This document shows positions 17,114 through 23,977 of a stretch of DNA of 40,579 nt, one piece after another (position 1 is the stretch's first letter; each line of letters begins with the position of its first letter). The notes under the pieces are model-generated. The model saw nothing but the letters and a program-made list of their open reading frames with translations, had not been told where the DNA came from and did no database searches. The position numbers and the translations under genes are program-made. Source of the DNA: a virus; the IMG/VR virus record IMGVR_UViG_3300027419_000014; one strand, 5' to 3'.

Positions 17114-17251
17114 TTATTTCTCATAAATCCTTTTCCCACATTTACAGCACTTTTTAAACCAAATCATATTATATTGATTATTTTTTGGTCGCTCAAACCA
17201 ATCATCATAAACATGGATACTGCAGAATAATTCCTTTATAAGCTGTATCAT
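17114..17251 (-). CDS. Small Cys-rich protein (45 aa)
   Basis: Hand-translated as MIQLIKELFCSIHVYDDWFERPKNNQYNMIWFKKCCKCGKRIYEK, with an AGGAGG RBS. Confidence 0.3.
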   Translation of the reverse strand: MIQLIKELFCSIHVYDDWFERPKNNQYNMIWFKKCCKCGKRIYEK

Positions 17252-17272
17252 CTCATCCTCCTATCATAATCA

Positions 17273-18181
17273 CTATTTTGTCAGTTTATACTTTGCTGAA
17301 TATTCGTCATTATACTTATAATCTTCCCACCAGACAGAATTGAAAACAGAAGTTATATTTACCCACCGACTAAATCTTTTTTGTTCTTTTGTTGGTTCTT
17401 CATTAGTTTTAAAATTTCTGTATGGCTGGCAAAACGGTTCGCAGTATAATCCTTTAATTTTTTTGACTCTTTCCATTGCTTCTGGAACTTCTTTAACAAT
17501 CGTATAGACAAAATACCGTGACGGTCTGACATTTCTCCATCTTAAATTAGTTACTGCTTTTTGCAATGATTCAAATGAAAATTCGTTATCACAAGCCAAT
17601 CGAACTGGATGAAGCCATTTAACTTTAGACAATAGTTTTGCCATAGAATCATCAATTAATCTTGAATCCAGTCCTTGATTAAAATCTACCTTTATTTTTA
17701 ACTCAATTATCTTCTCAATCTGCTTAATCCCGTAGTCGCTTGCTAGTACGTTGTTGTCCATTAAAACCGCAGATTTGTGTTCGCCAATAAAATGATCAAT
17801 ACTTGAATAGGATTTTATAGTTCCCTCTTTTTCTGGCACTATACACCAACTGCATTTATTTGGGCACCCTCTAGTCAAGAATCCATAAGCGTGTTCGCAA
17901 TCATATAAAGAATAATCTGGAATCATATTGTCTATTTCTTGGGGCAATTTAGATTTTATATTATATCCAGTTCCTCCGATTATTGTTTCACCAAAACAAG
18001 TAAAATTTATATTTGTATCGTGAGTAAATGTAAATACCTTAGATTTATAAACATTGTTATACCAAGAATTTTCTTTAACAAATTCCACAGTATCACCAAA
18101 AGATTTATGATAAGCACTTATTTTCATAAGTGCAAGATTAGGGAAATTTTTATTGTCTACATCTATCAATCCTATTTTCAT
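17273..18181 (-). CDS. Radical SAM enzyme with an N-terminal Rossmann/B12-binding-like domain
   Basis: LTRGCPNKCSWCIVPEKEG carries the CxxxCxxC [4Fe-4S]/SAM motif at about residue 105. The N-terminus MKIGLIDVDNKNFPNLALMKISAYHKSFGDTVEFV resembles the N-domain of class B radical SAM enzymes. Confidence 0.7.
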   Translation of the reverse strand: MKIGLIDVDNKNFPNLALMKISAYHKSFGDTVEFVKENSWYNNVYKSKVFTFTHDTNINFTCFGETIIGGTGYNIKSKLPQEIDNMIPDYSLYDCEHAYGFLTRGCPNKCSWCIVPEKEGTIKSYSSIDHFIGEHKSAVLMDNNVLASDYGIKQIEKIIELKIKVDFNQGLDSRLIDDSMAKLLSKVKWLHPVRLACDNEFSFESLQKAVTNLRWRNVRPSRYFVYTIVKEVPEAMERVKKIKGLYCEPFCQPYRNFKTNEEPTKEQKRFSRWVNITSVFNSVWWEDYKYNDEYSAKYKLTK

Positions 18182-18214
18182 TTTATCCCCTTTACTGTCA
18201 TAACAGTTTTTTTG

Positions 18215-18340
18215 TCAAACATGATTTTTAAACTCGTAAATAGTTCTTTCTATTTGTTCTTGATGACGACAATCTAAATTACCACATTTATAACGAACCC
18301 GGATTAAAACACCGTTTTCTTTATCTAATAAACGGTTCAT
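18215..18340 (-). CDS. Small Cys-containing protein (41 aa)
   Basis: Hand-translated as MNRLLDKENGVLIRVRYKCGNLDCRHQEQIERTIYEFKNHV. It starts 2 nt after the upstream stop. Confidence 0.3.
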   Translation of the reverse strand: MNRLLDKENGVLIRVRYKCGNLDCRHQEQIERTIYEFKNHV

Positions 18341-18341
18341 C

Positions 18342-18677
18342 CTATGCCCACATTTTATACAAATCATGTTTTACACCTTTATTTTTGATAATATATTTAT
18401 GACATGCTAAATCATGCGAATGTTGCTTTCTGATCTCTTGGCATTCTGAACAAAATTGAGAATGCTTTTCAGGAGGTCTTAACTTGCATTCTTTGCAATA
18501 TTTAAACTTTTTGTTAGCAAGATAATAACTCCGATTATAAGTCTTAATATGTTCTTTGTTATCAGCTTTCCATTTTATTTGTTTTGCTGTTGCCATGTCT
18601 TTTATCACATTGTTTTTCTTCATCCCAGAATTGACCCGCTTGATCTTTTGGTGAACATGGATTATCTTTTCTATCAT
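18342..18677 (-). CDS. Basic zinc-ribbon protein
   Basis: 111 aa containing KYCKECKLRPPEKHSQFCSECQEIRK. It overlaps ORF 18562..18768 by 116 nt, so an internal Met (MKKNN or MATAKQ) is the likely start. Confidence 0.4.
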   Translation of the reverse strand: MIEKIIHVHQKIKRVNSGMKKNNVIKDMATAKQIKWKADNKEHIKTYNRSYYLANKKFKYCKECKLRPPEKHSQFCSECQEIRKQHSHDLACHKYIIKNKGVKHDLYKMWA

Positions 18678-18768
18678 TTAATAGTTTTGAATAATTTTCA
18701 TGTTGCGCTCGACCATTTGACAGGCTCATCTTATAAGCGTCATTCCAACATTTTTCACATGCACTCAC
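18562..18768 (-). CDS. Conserved-looking small phage protein (CxxCW...PC motif)
   Basis: 68 aa: MSACEKCWNDAYKMS...NPCSPKDQAGQFW. It is the first gene after the promoter box. Confidence 0.4.
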   Translation of the reverse strand: MSACEKCWNDAYKMSLSNGRAQHENYSKLLNDRKDNPCSPKDQAGQFWDEEKQCDKRHGNSKTNKMES

Positions 18769-18792
18769 CTTAATACCTCTCTTTATTTATTC

Positions 18793-18833
18793 AATATATT
18801 TTTATTATCGGAATAAGTCAAACATTTATTTAC
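18793..18833 (-). promoter_or_regulatory. Conserved promoter box, copy 1
   Basis: On the minus strand: GTAAATAAATGTTTGACTT, with TTGACT as the -35, a 17-nt spacer, then TATATT. The 19-nt core AAGTCAAACATTTATTTAC (plus strand) is identical at 21243 and 28535. Confidence 0.55.
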
Positions 18834-18850
18834 TGTAACGATAAAAAATT

Positions 18851-19255
18851 TTAACCAAAGAATGTGCAACGGATGAGTATTTTTTTATTCTTATTTTCTC
18901 TTGATATTCCATTAAAAACTTTTGGCGGTTCGTTATAGCCGACAACATTATAATTATCATCTGGAATACATTTAAAGTTTTTAAGAGCATCAAGAAAAAA
19001 TTTATCTACTATTGCAATAATATTTCCCGTGTCGAACAATCCAGAATTATGCGGGAATATTGTGTAATTAACATTTAATCGCCTGGCTTTAATATTCCTT
19101 AATTCAGGATATAAAGCAATCAAATTATTTTTAAAATTTATCTTAGCGTCATTTAATATATAAAAATGTGCGTTCCGGTATACGTTTAAATTCAATTGAA
19201 ACTTTTTACCACCGACAAAAACAAAATCATCAATTAAAATATCTTTTTCAATCAT
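18851..19255 (-). CDS. rusA: RusA-like Holliday junction resolvase
   Basis: 134 aa. GLFDTGNIIAIVDKFFLDALKNFKCIPDDNYNVV fits the RusA D...D..D..DDN acidic catalytic pattern and size. Confidence 0.5.
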   Translation of the reverse strand: MIEKDILIDDFVFVGGKKFQLNLNVYRNAHFYILNDAKINFKNNLIALYPELRNIKARRLNVNYTIFPHNSGLFDTGNIIAIVDKFFLDALKNFKCIPDDNYNVVGYNEPPKVFNGISRENKNKKILIRCTFFG

Positions 19256-19449
19256 GGTCTTCTCACAACAGGAAGCTGAAAGAATTCAGGTGGCGGTGTT
19301 AAAAGTTTAATCTGTGATTCTACTGTCTGCATAGTCATTTTTAATTCTTTAAGATCTTGCATTTCTTTTTCTATTTTGATTAACATTGAACTCATTGATA
19401 TAAGCATACCAAATATAATAAAAGTTAAATAGAATTGTATTTTTTTCAT
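19252..19449 (-). CDS. Small membrane protein
   Basis: 65 aa with an N-terminal hydrophobic helix (FYLTFIIFGMLISMSSMLI). Its stop/start overlaps both neighbours. Confidence 0.35.
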   Translation of the reverse strand: MKKIQFYLTFIIFGMLISMSSMLIKIEKEMQDLKELKMTMQTVESQIKLLTPPPEFFQLPVVRRP

Positions 19450-19718
19450 TTTTCCCTCGCTATAATCATTCCATCAGCATGAATATATCTTGCTTGTTGT
19501 CGAGTTATTTTATATACGCATTTTTGAGTAATTCCATTATTGCATTCTATTTCATAATTACCAGGTGCATTCATTATTTCGTATATATCACCATCGCTTG
19601 CATGTGCCGCAAAATAATCACGAAGAGACATACCGATAGTAACGTCATCACCTGATCCAAAAGGTCCATTGCTATCTGTTACTGGAAACGCGGGACCACC
19701 ATTTTTTTCTTTACTCAT
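19446..19718 (-). CDS. Conserved hypothetical phage protein
   Basis: 90 aa. GGPAFP...GMSLRDYFAAHA is a motif I recognise as recurrent in phage early regions. Function unknown. Confidence 0.45.
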   Translation of the reverse strand: MSKEKNGGPAFPVTDSNGPFGSGDDVTIGMSLRDYFAAHASDGDIYEIMNAPGNYEIECNNGITQKCVYKITRQQARYIHADGMIIAREK

Positions 19719-19856
19719 TGCTTAATCCTCTCCTGAAGCTGTTTTAAATCACAAACTATTTGACTGTTAGATGGATCTGTTTTATCTATAACTGTTGTAT
19801 TTTTACGCACATAGAATATTAAAATGTAACTCCGATTATTAAAGATATACAAGGAA

Positions 19857-20021
19857 TCATTTTTCTATAAACCCAAACCATGTAATAGTAAGTTGAAAAA
19901 ATAAAAAATCAATATATAAAGTTAGCTCTTCAGTGTTTAAGTAAATATCTGGTATAATTTCAAAAATATTAGGTTTTATAAATTGTATTTCTGTCACAAA
20001 TGGTATTATTCTTATTGTCAT
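19857..20021 (-). CDS. Small hydrophobic protein (54 aa)
   Basis: Hand-translated as MTIRIIPFVTEIQFIKPNIF...FQLTITWFGFIEK, with an AAGGAG RBS. Confidence 0.25.
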   Translation of the reverse strand: MTIRIIPFVTEIQFIKPNIFEIIPDIYLNTEELTLYIDFLFFQLTITWFGFIEK

Positions 20022-20022
20022 T

Positions 20023-20139
20023 TCATTTCTCCTTTTTACATCCGATGCATAAATCCTGATTGCTTATAATACTATCAGATTCTACTTTAAATTGTTTATT
20101 ACATTTCTTACATGTAAAAGTACGAACTTGATAAGTCAT
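20023..20139 (-). CDS. Zinc-ribbon micro-protein (38 aa)
   Basis: MTYQVRTFTCKKCNKQFKVESDSIISNQDLCIGCKKEK has two CxxC pairs. An ATGA overlap links it to the upstream gene. Confidence 0.35.
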   Translation of the reverse strand: MTYQVRTFTCKKCNKQFKVESDSIISNQDLCIGCKKEK

Positions 20140-20258
20140 TTTTTACCACAACTATAACAAACATTACCTTTCACATAAAACGAATTTCCGCATTTCGGGC
20201 ATTTGCATTCTTCGCCTTTTTTTACATCTTTGTAATTTAGTGTTTTATCATAACTCAT
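20136..20258 (-). CDS. Zinc-ribbon micro-protein (40 aa)
   Basis: MSYDKTLNYKDVKKGEECKCPKCGNSFYVKGNVCYSCGKK has two CxxC pairs. An ATGA overlap links it to the HTH gene. Confidence 0.35.
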   Translation of the reverse strand: MSYDKTLNYKDVKKGEECKCPKCGNSFYVKGNVCYSCGKK

Positions 20259-20497
20259 CTTTTACCTACTCTTTCAATCCCTTTTAAATCATCCAGGATT
20301 AACTTGTAAATTCTTACCAGCTTATCAGGCTTTAATTTAATCCGGTCATTGAGAATGTAATTTACATACTGTTTGCTTTCGCCTATTATCTTAGCGTAAT
20401 AGCTTTGTTTTTTAGACAGCTCTGTTTTAACTTCTGTTTCCATTTCTTTTAAATCTTCAATGGAGTTTTGTATTGTGGTAAGATCAAATTCTTTCAA
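20255..20497 (-). CDS. Small HTH (XRE-like) DNA-binding protein, TTG start
   Basis: 80 aa. KKQSYYAKIIGESKQYVNYILND resembles a helix-turn-helix. The start is a TTG codon 7 nt after AAGGAG. Confidence 0.4.
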   Translation of the reverse strand: MKEFDLTTIQNSIEDLKEMETEVKTELSKKQSYYAKIIGESKQYVNYILNDRIKLKPDKLVRIYKLILDDLKGIERVGKR

Positions 20498-20511
20498 TTA
20501 TATCTCCTTAT

Positions 20512-20547
20512 TTTTCCTAAGTAAAAATTTAATTTTACTTAGGAAAA
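20512..20547. repeat. Perfect 15-bp inverted repeat with a 6-nt spacer
   Basis: TTTTCCTAAGTAAAA (20512..20526) and TTTTACTTAGGAAAA (20533..20547) are exact reverse complements. The repeat lies between the repeat-protein stop and the HTH gene RBS. Confidence 0.9.
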
Positions 20548-20552
20548 TAACA

Positions 20553-20903
20553 TTATTTGATACCGCCATAGCCAGAGCCATCGCCAGAGCCATCGCCAGA
20601 GCCAGAGCCATCGCCATAGCCAGAGCCATAGCCAGAGCCATAGCCAGAGCCAGAGCCATCGCCAGAGCCATAGCCATAGCCAGAGCCAGAGCCAGAGCCA
20701 TCGCCATAGCCAGAGCCATAGCCAGAGCCATCGCCAGAGCCAGAGCCATCGCCAGAGCCATCGCCAGAGCCAGAGCCAGAGCCATCGCCATAGCCAGAGC
20801 CATAGCCAGAGCCAGAGCCATAGCCAGAGCCATCGCCATAGCCAGAGCCATCGCCATAGCCAGAGCCATCGCCATAGCCATAATTATTTTTTATTTCTTC
20901 CAT
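20553..20903 (-). CDS. (Ser/Asp/Tyr)-Gly dipeptide-repeat protein
   Basis: 116 aa: MEEIKNN, then 53 X-Gly dipeptides with X = S, D or Y only, then GIK. Its ATG overlaps the stop region of the upstream gene by 13 nt. It is the only one of the three open frames with non-repeat termini. Confidence 0.5.
   Translation of the reverse strand: MEEIKNNYGYGDGSGYGDGSGYGDGSGYGSGSGYGSGYGDGSGSGSGDGSGDGSGSGDGSGYGSGYGDGSGSGSGYGYGSGDGSGSGYGSGYGSGYGDGSGSGDGSGDGSGYGGIK
20565..20882. repeat. 53 tandem hexamers GCCA(GA/TC/TA)
   Basis: Read directly from the sequence. There are 318 nt of uninterrupted GCCAGA/GCCATC/GCCATA units. The array is a GC-rich island in an AT-rich genome and is open in several frames on both strands. 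Confidence 0.95.
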
Positions 20904-21193
20904 TCTGGTACAGCCTTTATTGATTTTTCAGCAGCCTTGCTAACTGTTAAAATCTCAATCGCTTGTAATAATTCAACTTCTTTTACAGGCATAGGAAATT
21001 TACAATTCAGAGGGTCTTTTGTTCCTTCTTCTGCAAGTTGGGATAATGAAGCTGCTCCTGACCAATACCATATTCTACGGGCATTAGTTAAAACAACTTC
21101 TTGACCTTTTTTACTTTTAAGATTTCCTGCAAAAACTCCGGCTGAATATGTTCTTACTATTACATATTTACCTGTCACTTTTTTTTCTGACAT
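20891..21193 (-). CDS. Conserved hypothetical phage protein
   Basis: 100 aa. YVIVRTYSAGVFAGNL...VVLTNARRIWYWSGAASLSQLAEEG is a motif I recognise from other phage genomes. Function unknown. It is the first gene after promoter box copy 2. Confidence 0.5.
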   Translation of the reverse strand: MSEKKVTGKYVIVRTYSAGVFAGNLKSKKGQEVVLTNARRIWYWSGAASLSQLAEEGTKDPLNCKFPMPVKEVELLQAIEILTVSKAAEKSIKAVPEWKK

Positions 21194-21220
21194 TTCACTT
21201 TCTCCTTTTTTATATTAAAC

Positions 21221-21261
21221 TATTTAATCATAACATATTTAAAAGTCAAACATTTATTTAC
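21221..21261 (-). promoter_or_regulatory. Conserved promoter box, copy 2
   Basis: On the minus strand: GTAAATAAATGTTTGACTT, a 17-nt spacer, then TAAATA. It precedes the AAGGAG RBS of ORF 20891..21193. Confidence 0.55.
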
Positions 21262-21277
21262 ATAAAACATAAAAAAA

Positions 21278-21628
21278 TTATTTATCTGAGCAATCTGTAA
21301 GGCATCCGGTTTCTGATATTATTTTATCTATAAGCTCATCACGCTCGACCGACATTGTAAAAATATTAAAATGTGAATTACACGGACTTGAGCAAGTAGA
21401 CTTCAAATTTAATTCATTATCAAGAATATAATCTCTTACCCATTTTCGGCCACGGTCTTTTTTATGCTTCTGCCAGATATATTGCATCACATGGTTTTCA
21501 GATTGTTTGCCTTGTCTTATACAGTGGGCTAACTGAGGAGTACCATATTTAACTATATGACCGCCGCACTTCTGGCAGATAAATCCATCACGGACAAATA
21601 TTTTATATCTGAACTCTTCAGTAATCAT
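21278..21628 (-). CDS. HNH endonuclease
   Basis: 116 aa containing FVRDGFICQKCGG...LAHCIRQG...NLKSTCSSPCNSH, which gives paired Cys plus His/Asn in an HNH arrangement. Confidence 0.55.
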   Translation of the reverse strand: MITEEFRYKIFVRDGFICQKCGGHIVKYGTPQLAHCIRQGKQSENHVMQYIWQKHKKDRGRKWVRDYILDNELNLKSTCSSPCNSHFNIFTMSVERDELIDKIISETGCLTDCSDK

Positions 21629-21984
21629 TTTAATAAATCCTGATCTTGATGTTTATTCCCAATTACGGATGAAATACTGCATTGGTATTTTCCTAAAATA
21701 CCATTTGCAATCCATGATGATTCAAGCCATTTAACAACAACATTAAAACTTTCATCTTTAATTTTGTCAGATGCAAGAATGGGATAAGTTTTTAATATAT
21801 CTCCTTCATAAATCTTTTTCCCGTTTTTATCGTAAAATCCAGTAAATTGTTCGGATTTGTTCCAGTCAAAAACATAACACCCAACTTTTCCATTAAGATA
21901 ATATAATCCGTTTATAAAATAAACAAAATTATTTATATCTTTTATATAATATCTAAATTCTTTCTCTCTCATTTCAGAGTTCAT
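21625..21984 (-). CDS. YopX-family protein
   Basis: 119 aa. FRYYIKD...GLYYLNG...TGFYDKNGKKIYEGDIL matches the YopX signature. Confidence 0.55.
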   Translation of the reverse strand: MNSEMREKEFRYYIKDINNFVYFINGLYYLNGKVGCYVFDWNKSEQFTGFYDKNGKKIYEGDILKTYPILASDKIKDESFNVVVKWLESSWIANGILGKYQCSISSVIGNKHQDQDLLK

Positions 21985-22262
21985 TTTGTTTCTCTCTTAA
22001 TAAACATTTCACATACTCCATGCAATCCGCAAACACTTGCTTTTGGTTCTTCATATGCAAAACAAGTACATACATAAAACTTTAATGATTGACCACAATT
22101 GCAAGAAACATTTAATTTATCTTCTTTTTTATCATTGACATGACAGCAATGTTTGTATACTTCTAATTGATTAGCACATTGACAACAACATCCCCACCGA
22201 CCAAATTCTTCATCTAATAAATTGCAATCAGTTCCATTAACATAATAAAATTCTATTTTCAT
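21981..22262 (-). CDS. Cys-rich hypothetical protein
   Basis: 93 aa with more than 12 Cys (GRWGCCCQCANQ...CCHV...CNCGQ...CTC). Its ends overlap both neighbours by 4 nt. Confidence 0.35.
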   Translation of the reverse strand: MKIEFYYVNGTDCNLLDEEFGRWGCCCQCANQLEVYKHCCHVNDKKEDKLNVSCNCGQSLKFYVCTCFAYEEPKASVCGLHGVCEMFIKRETK

Positions 22263-22729
22263 TTTAACACTCTCCTCCGAAGAGCTTCATATTCTTTATT
22301 ATCAGTCGGTTTAATATATCCTTGTAAATCTAAAAATAAAAATCTTTCACAAAATTCTAAAAATTCTTTAGTTTCTTTTTTTGTGAATTTACCCATTGAA
22401 GGAATTAACGCATAATGCCCGTTATCAAGCTGCCATATCTTACCAGTGCCTTGATGCTTATCCGGTATCTGGTTATACTCCTCATACTCGTAGAACGCTG
22501 TACCGTTAATCTGGTGCAGATAGCGTGGCTTGAGAACAAAATCATGGACATACTGAAAATTAATTTCGCCCATAGCTTCACATATAGCCGGGAGGATTAT
22601 CCCCCGGTAAAGTCTATGCTGTGCGTATGATATCGAATCAGGTGCAAAATTTAAACATTTACCATTGCGTATTTCAGCACGACATATATTATTTTTTTCT
22701 TTTGAACATTCTGGGCATTCTGTTTTCAT
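22259..22729 (-). CDS. Hypothetical protein (replication module)
   Basis: 156 aa with an N-terminal CPEC...C motif. Tightly coupled to its neighbours. Confidence 0.4.
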   Translation of the reverse strand: MKTECPECSKEKNNICRAEIRNGKCLNFAPDSISYAQHRLYRGIILPAICEAMGEINFQYVHDFVLKPRYLHQINGTAFYEYEEYNQIPDKHQGTGKIWQLDNGHYALIPSMGKFTKKETKEFLEFCERFLFLDLQGYIKPTDNKEYEALRRRVLK

Positions 22730-23313
22730 ATCTTCATATCTCTCGTCATATCATCTATTATCTGCAATGGCTTATCTCTGTTATCAACAATAGCCTGGCA
22801 GACTTCTTTATCTCCAATAAATAAAGGTTGCTTTTCAAACTTTTTGCTACTATCGCCATACATTATCTTTATACTTTCATTTGGATCAATTATAACTTTG
22901 CAATAAGCTGAAATAAAATTATTACGGTGGATGCCCTCCAGAGATTGACCTTTGTTTTCGGTTGCTCTTTGGCAAAAATTTATCCATCCCCCCATTGATT
23001 GTAAAGCCTTGTATGCCCTATAATCACTTATAATTACATTATCAAGACTATTACCTGTTTTACAAATATTGTCATACCATGCGGAAGCGAGAGATTCCAT
23101 GTTTAATCTCGGGAAGAACTCTTCAAAGTCAGCCGGAGAAGGCGGTGTTTTGAATTTAGGATTAACCTTTATTATTATAGTCTTGAATACGTTATCAAGT
23201 TCTGATTCTTTAAATCTTTCCTGTAAATATAAATAAGTCATATCTTCAAGTTTTTCGGATGCGTAATCTCCATATATTTCTATAAGTGCGGCAATAAATT
23301 TTTTATGAGCCAT
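22726..23313 (-). CDS. Hypothetical protein (replication module)
   Basis: 195 aa, directly downstream of the replisome organizer. No Walker motif seen. Confidence 0.4.
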   Translation of the reverse strand: MAHKKFIAALIEIYGDYASEKLEDMTYLYLQERFKESELDNVFKTIIIKVNPKFKTPPSPADFEEFFPRLNMESLASAWYDNICKTGNSLDNVIISDYRAYKALQSMGGWINFCQRATENKGQSLEGIHRNNFISAYCKVIIDPNESIKIMYGDSSKKFEKQPLFIGDKEVCQAIVDNRDKPLQIIDDMTRDMKI

Positions 23314-23977
23314 ATTTATTATTTAACCTCTCTAAAGTTTTATTAAATTCAGGATTACTTTTTTTAACAGTTGAGATAATAGGCTTTTCTTTATCCCGCG
23401 CGTGCCATCCCCTGACTGCAGCTTGCCAGTCTTTCATTTTATTCTTACCGACCATCCAGCCCTTAGACTCGTAGAAATTCATAAAAGTATAAATATTTAT
23501 AGAGTACCGGTTTTCATTGCAGTATTCTGCTATTTCTTCATGTGTGGGGGGAGTAAAGCGTTTACGCTCGCCCTCTTCACTATACTTACCTAACCTATCC
23601 TTACCTAACCTATCCTTACCTGTGGCGTCCATTGGTATGACAACTGGTATACCAGAATTTAAACTCTTTAATTCTTCTTTGTAAATCTCTAAATATTTTG
23701 AAGGAGTGTATCTATCAGACCGGATTAAATTGTTTTCTTTCCAGTCCAGTATTACTAAAACTCTATCATCGAATACATGAACGAAGTGTTTAGCCTGTAA
23801 TATTTTGAGGTCATCCGGTTTACTTTCTGTCATTCTCATAATTGTGAAATGTTCACAGAATCCGTCATCATCCGCATTCATCCCAAGGTGAAAATATAAA
23901 TTCTGCGAACTTTGAGGCATCATTATAAATAAACTTGAATTGGTAATTGACTTTGAAAACATCCGCTTAGCCGCCAT
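23303..23977 (-). CDS. Phage replisome organizer / DnaD-like replication initiation protein
   Basis: MFSKSITNSSLFIMMPQSSQNLYFHLGMNADDDGFCE is typical of the replisome-organizer N-terminal domain. The C-terminal WQAAVRGW region is DnaD-like. The gene contains iteron-like repeats. Confidence 0.55.
   Translation of the reverse strand: MAAKRMFSKSITNSSLFIMMPQSSQNLYFHLGMNADDDGFCEHFTIMRMTESKPDDLKILQAKHFVHVFDDRVLVILDWKENNLIRSDRYTPSKYLEIYKEELKSLNSGIPVVIPMDATGKDRLGKDRLGKYSEEGERKRFTPPTHEEIAEYCNENRYSINIYTFMNFYESKGWMVGKNKMKDWQAAVRGWHARDKEKPIISTVKKSNPEFNKTLERLNNKYGS
23585..23621. repeat. 2.5 tandem copies of the 15-mer CTTACCTAACCTATC
   Basis: Read directly from the sequence: 23585..23599, 23600..23614, and a partial third copy to 23621. 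In the protein it encodes GKDRLGKDRLGK. Confidence 0.9.

Noticed and set aside
20565-20882. Possible CRISPR array or other spacer-repeat structure in the highly repetitive block
   Set aside because: The period is 6 nt with only three unit types and no unique spacers. It is a coding-phase microsatellite, not a repeat-spacer array.
20460-21104. Track ORFs 20460..21104 (+, Ala-Ile-Ala-Arg repeats) and 20498..20881 (-, Met-Ala-Leu-Ala repeats)
   Set aside because: They are open only because the hexamer array lacks stops in several frames. The plus-strand ORF is antisense to two well-supported genes. The MALA frame starts inside the array and runs through the inverted repeat and RBS of the next gene. 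Translation of an alternative frame cannot be strictly excluded without data.
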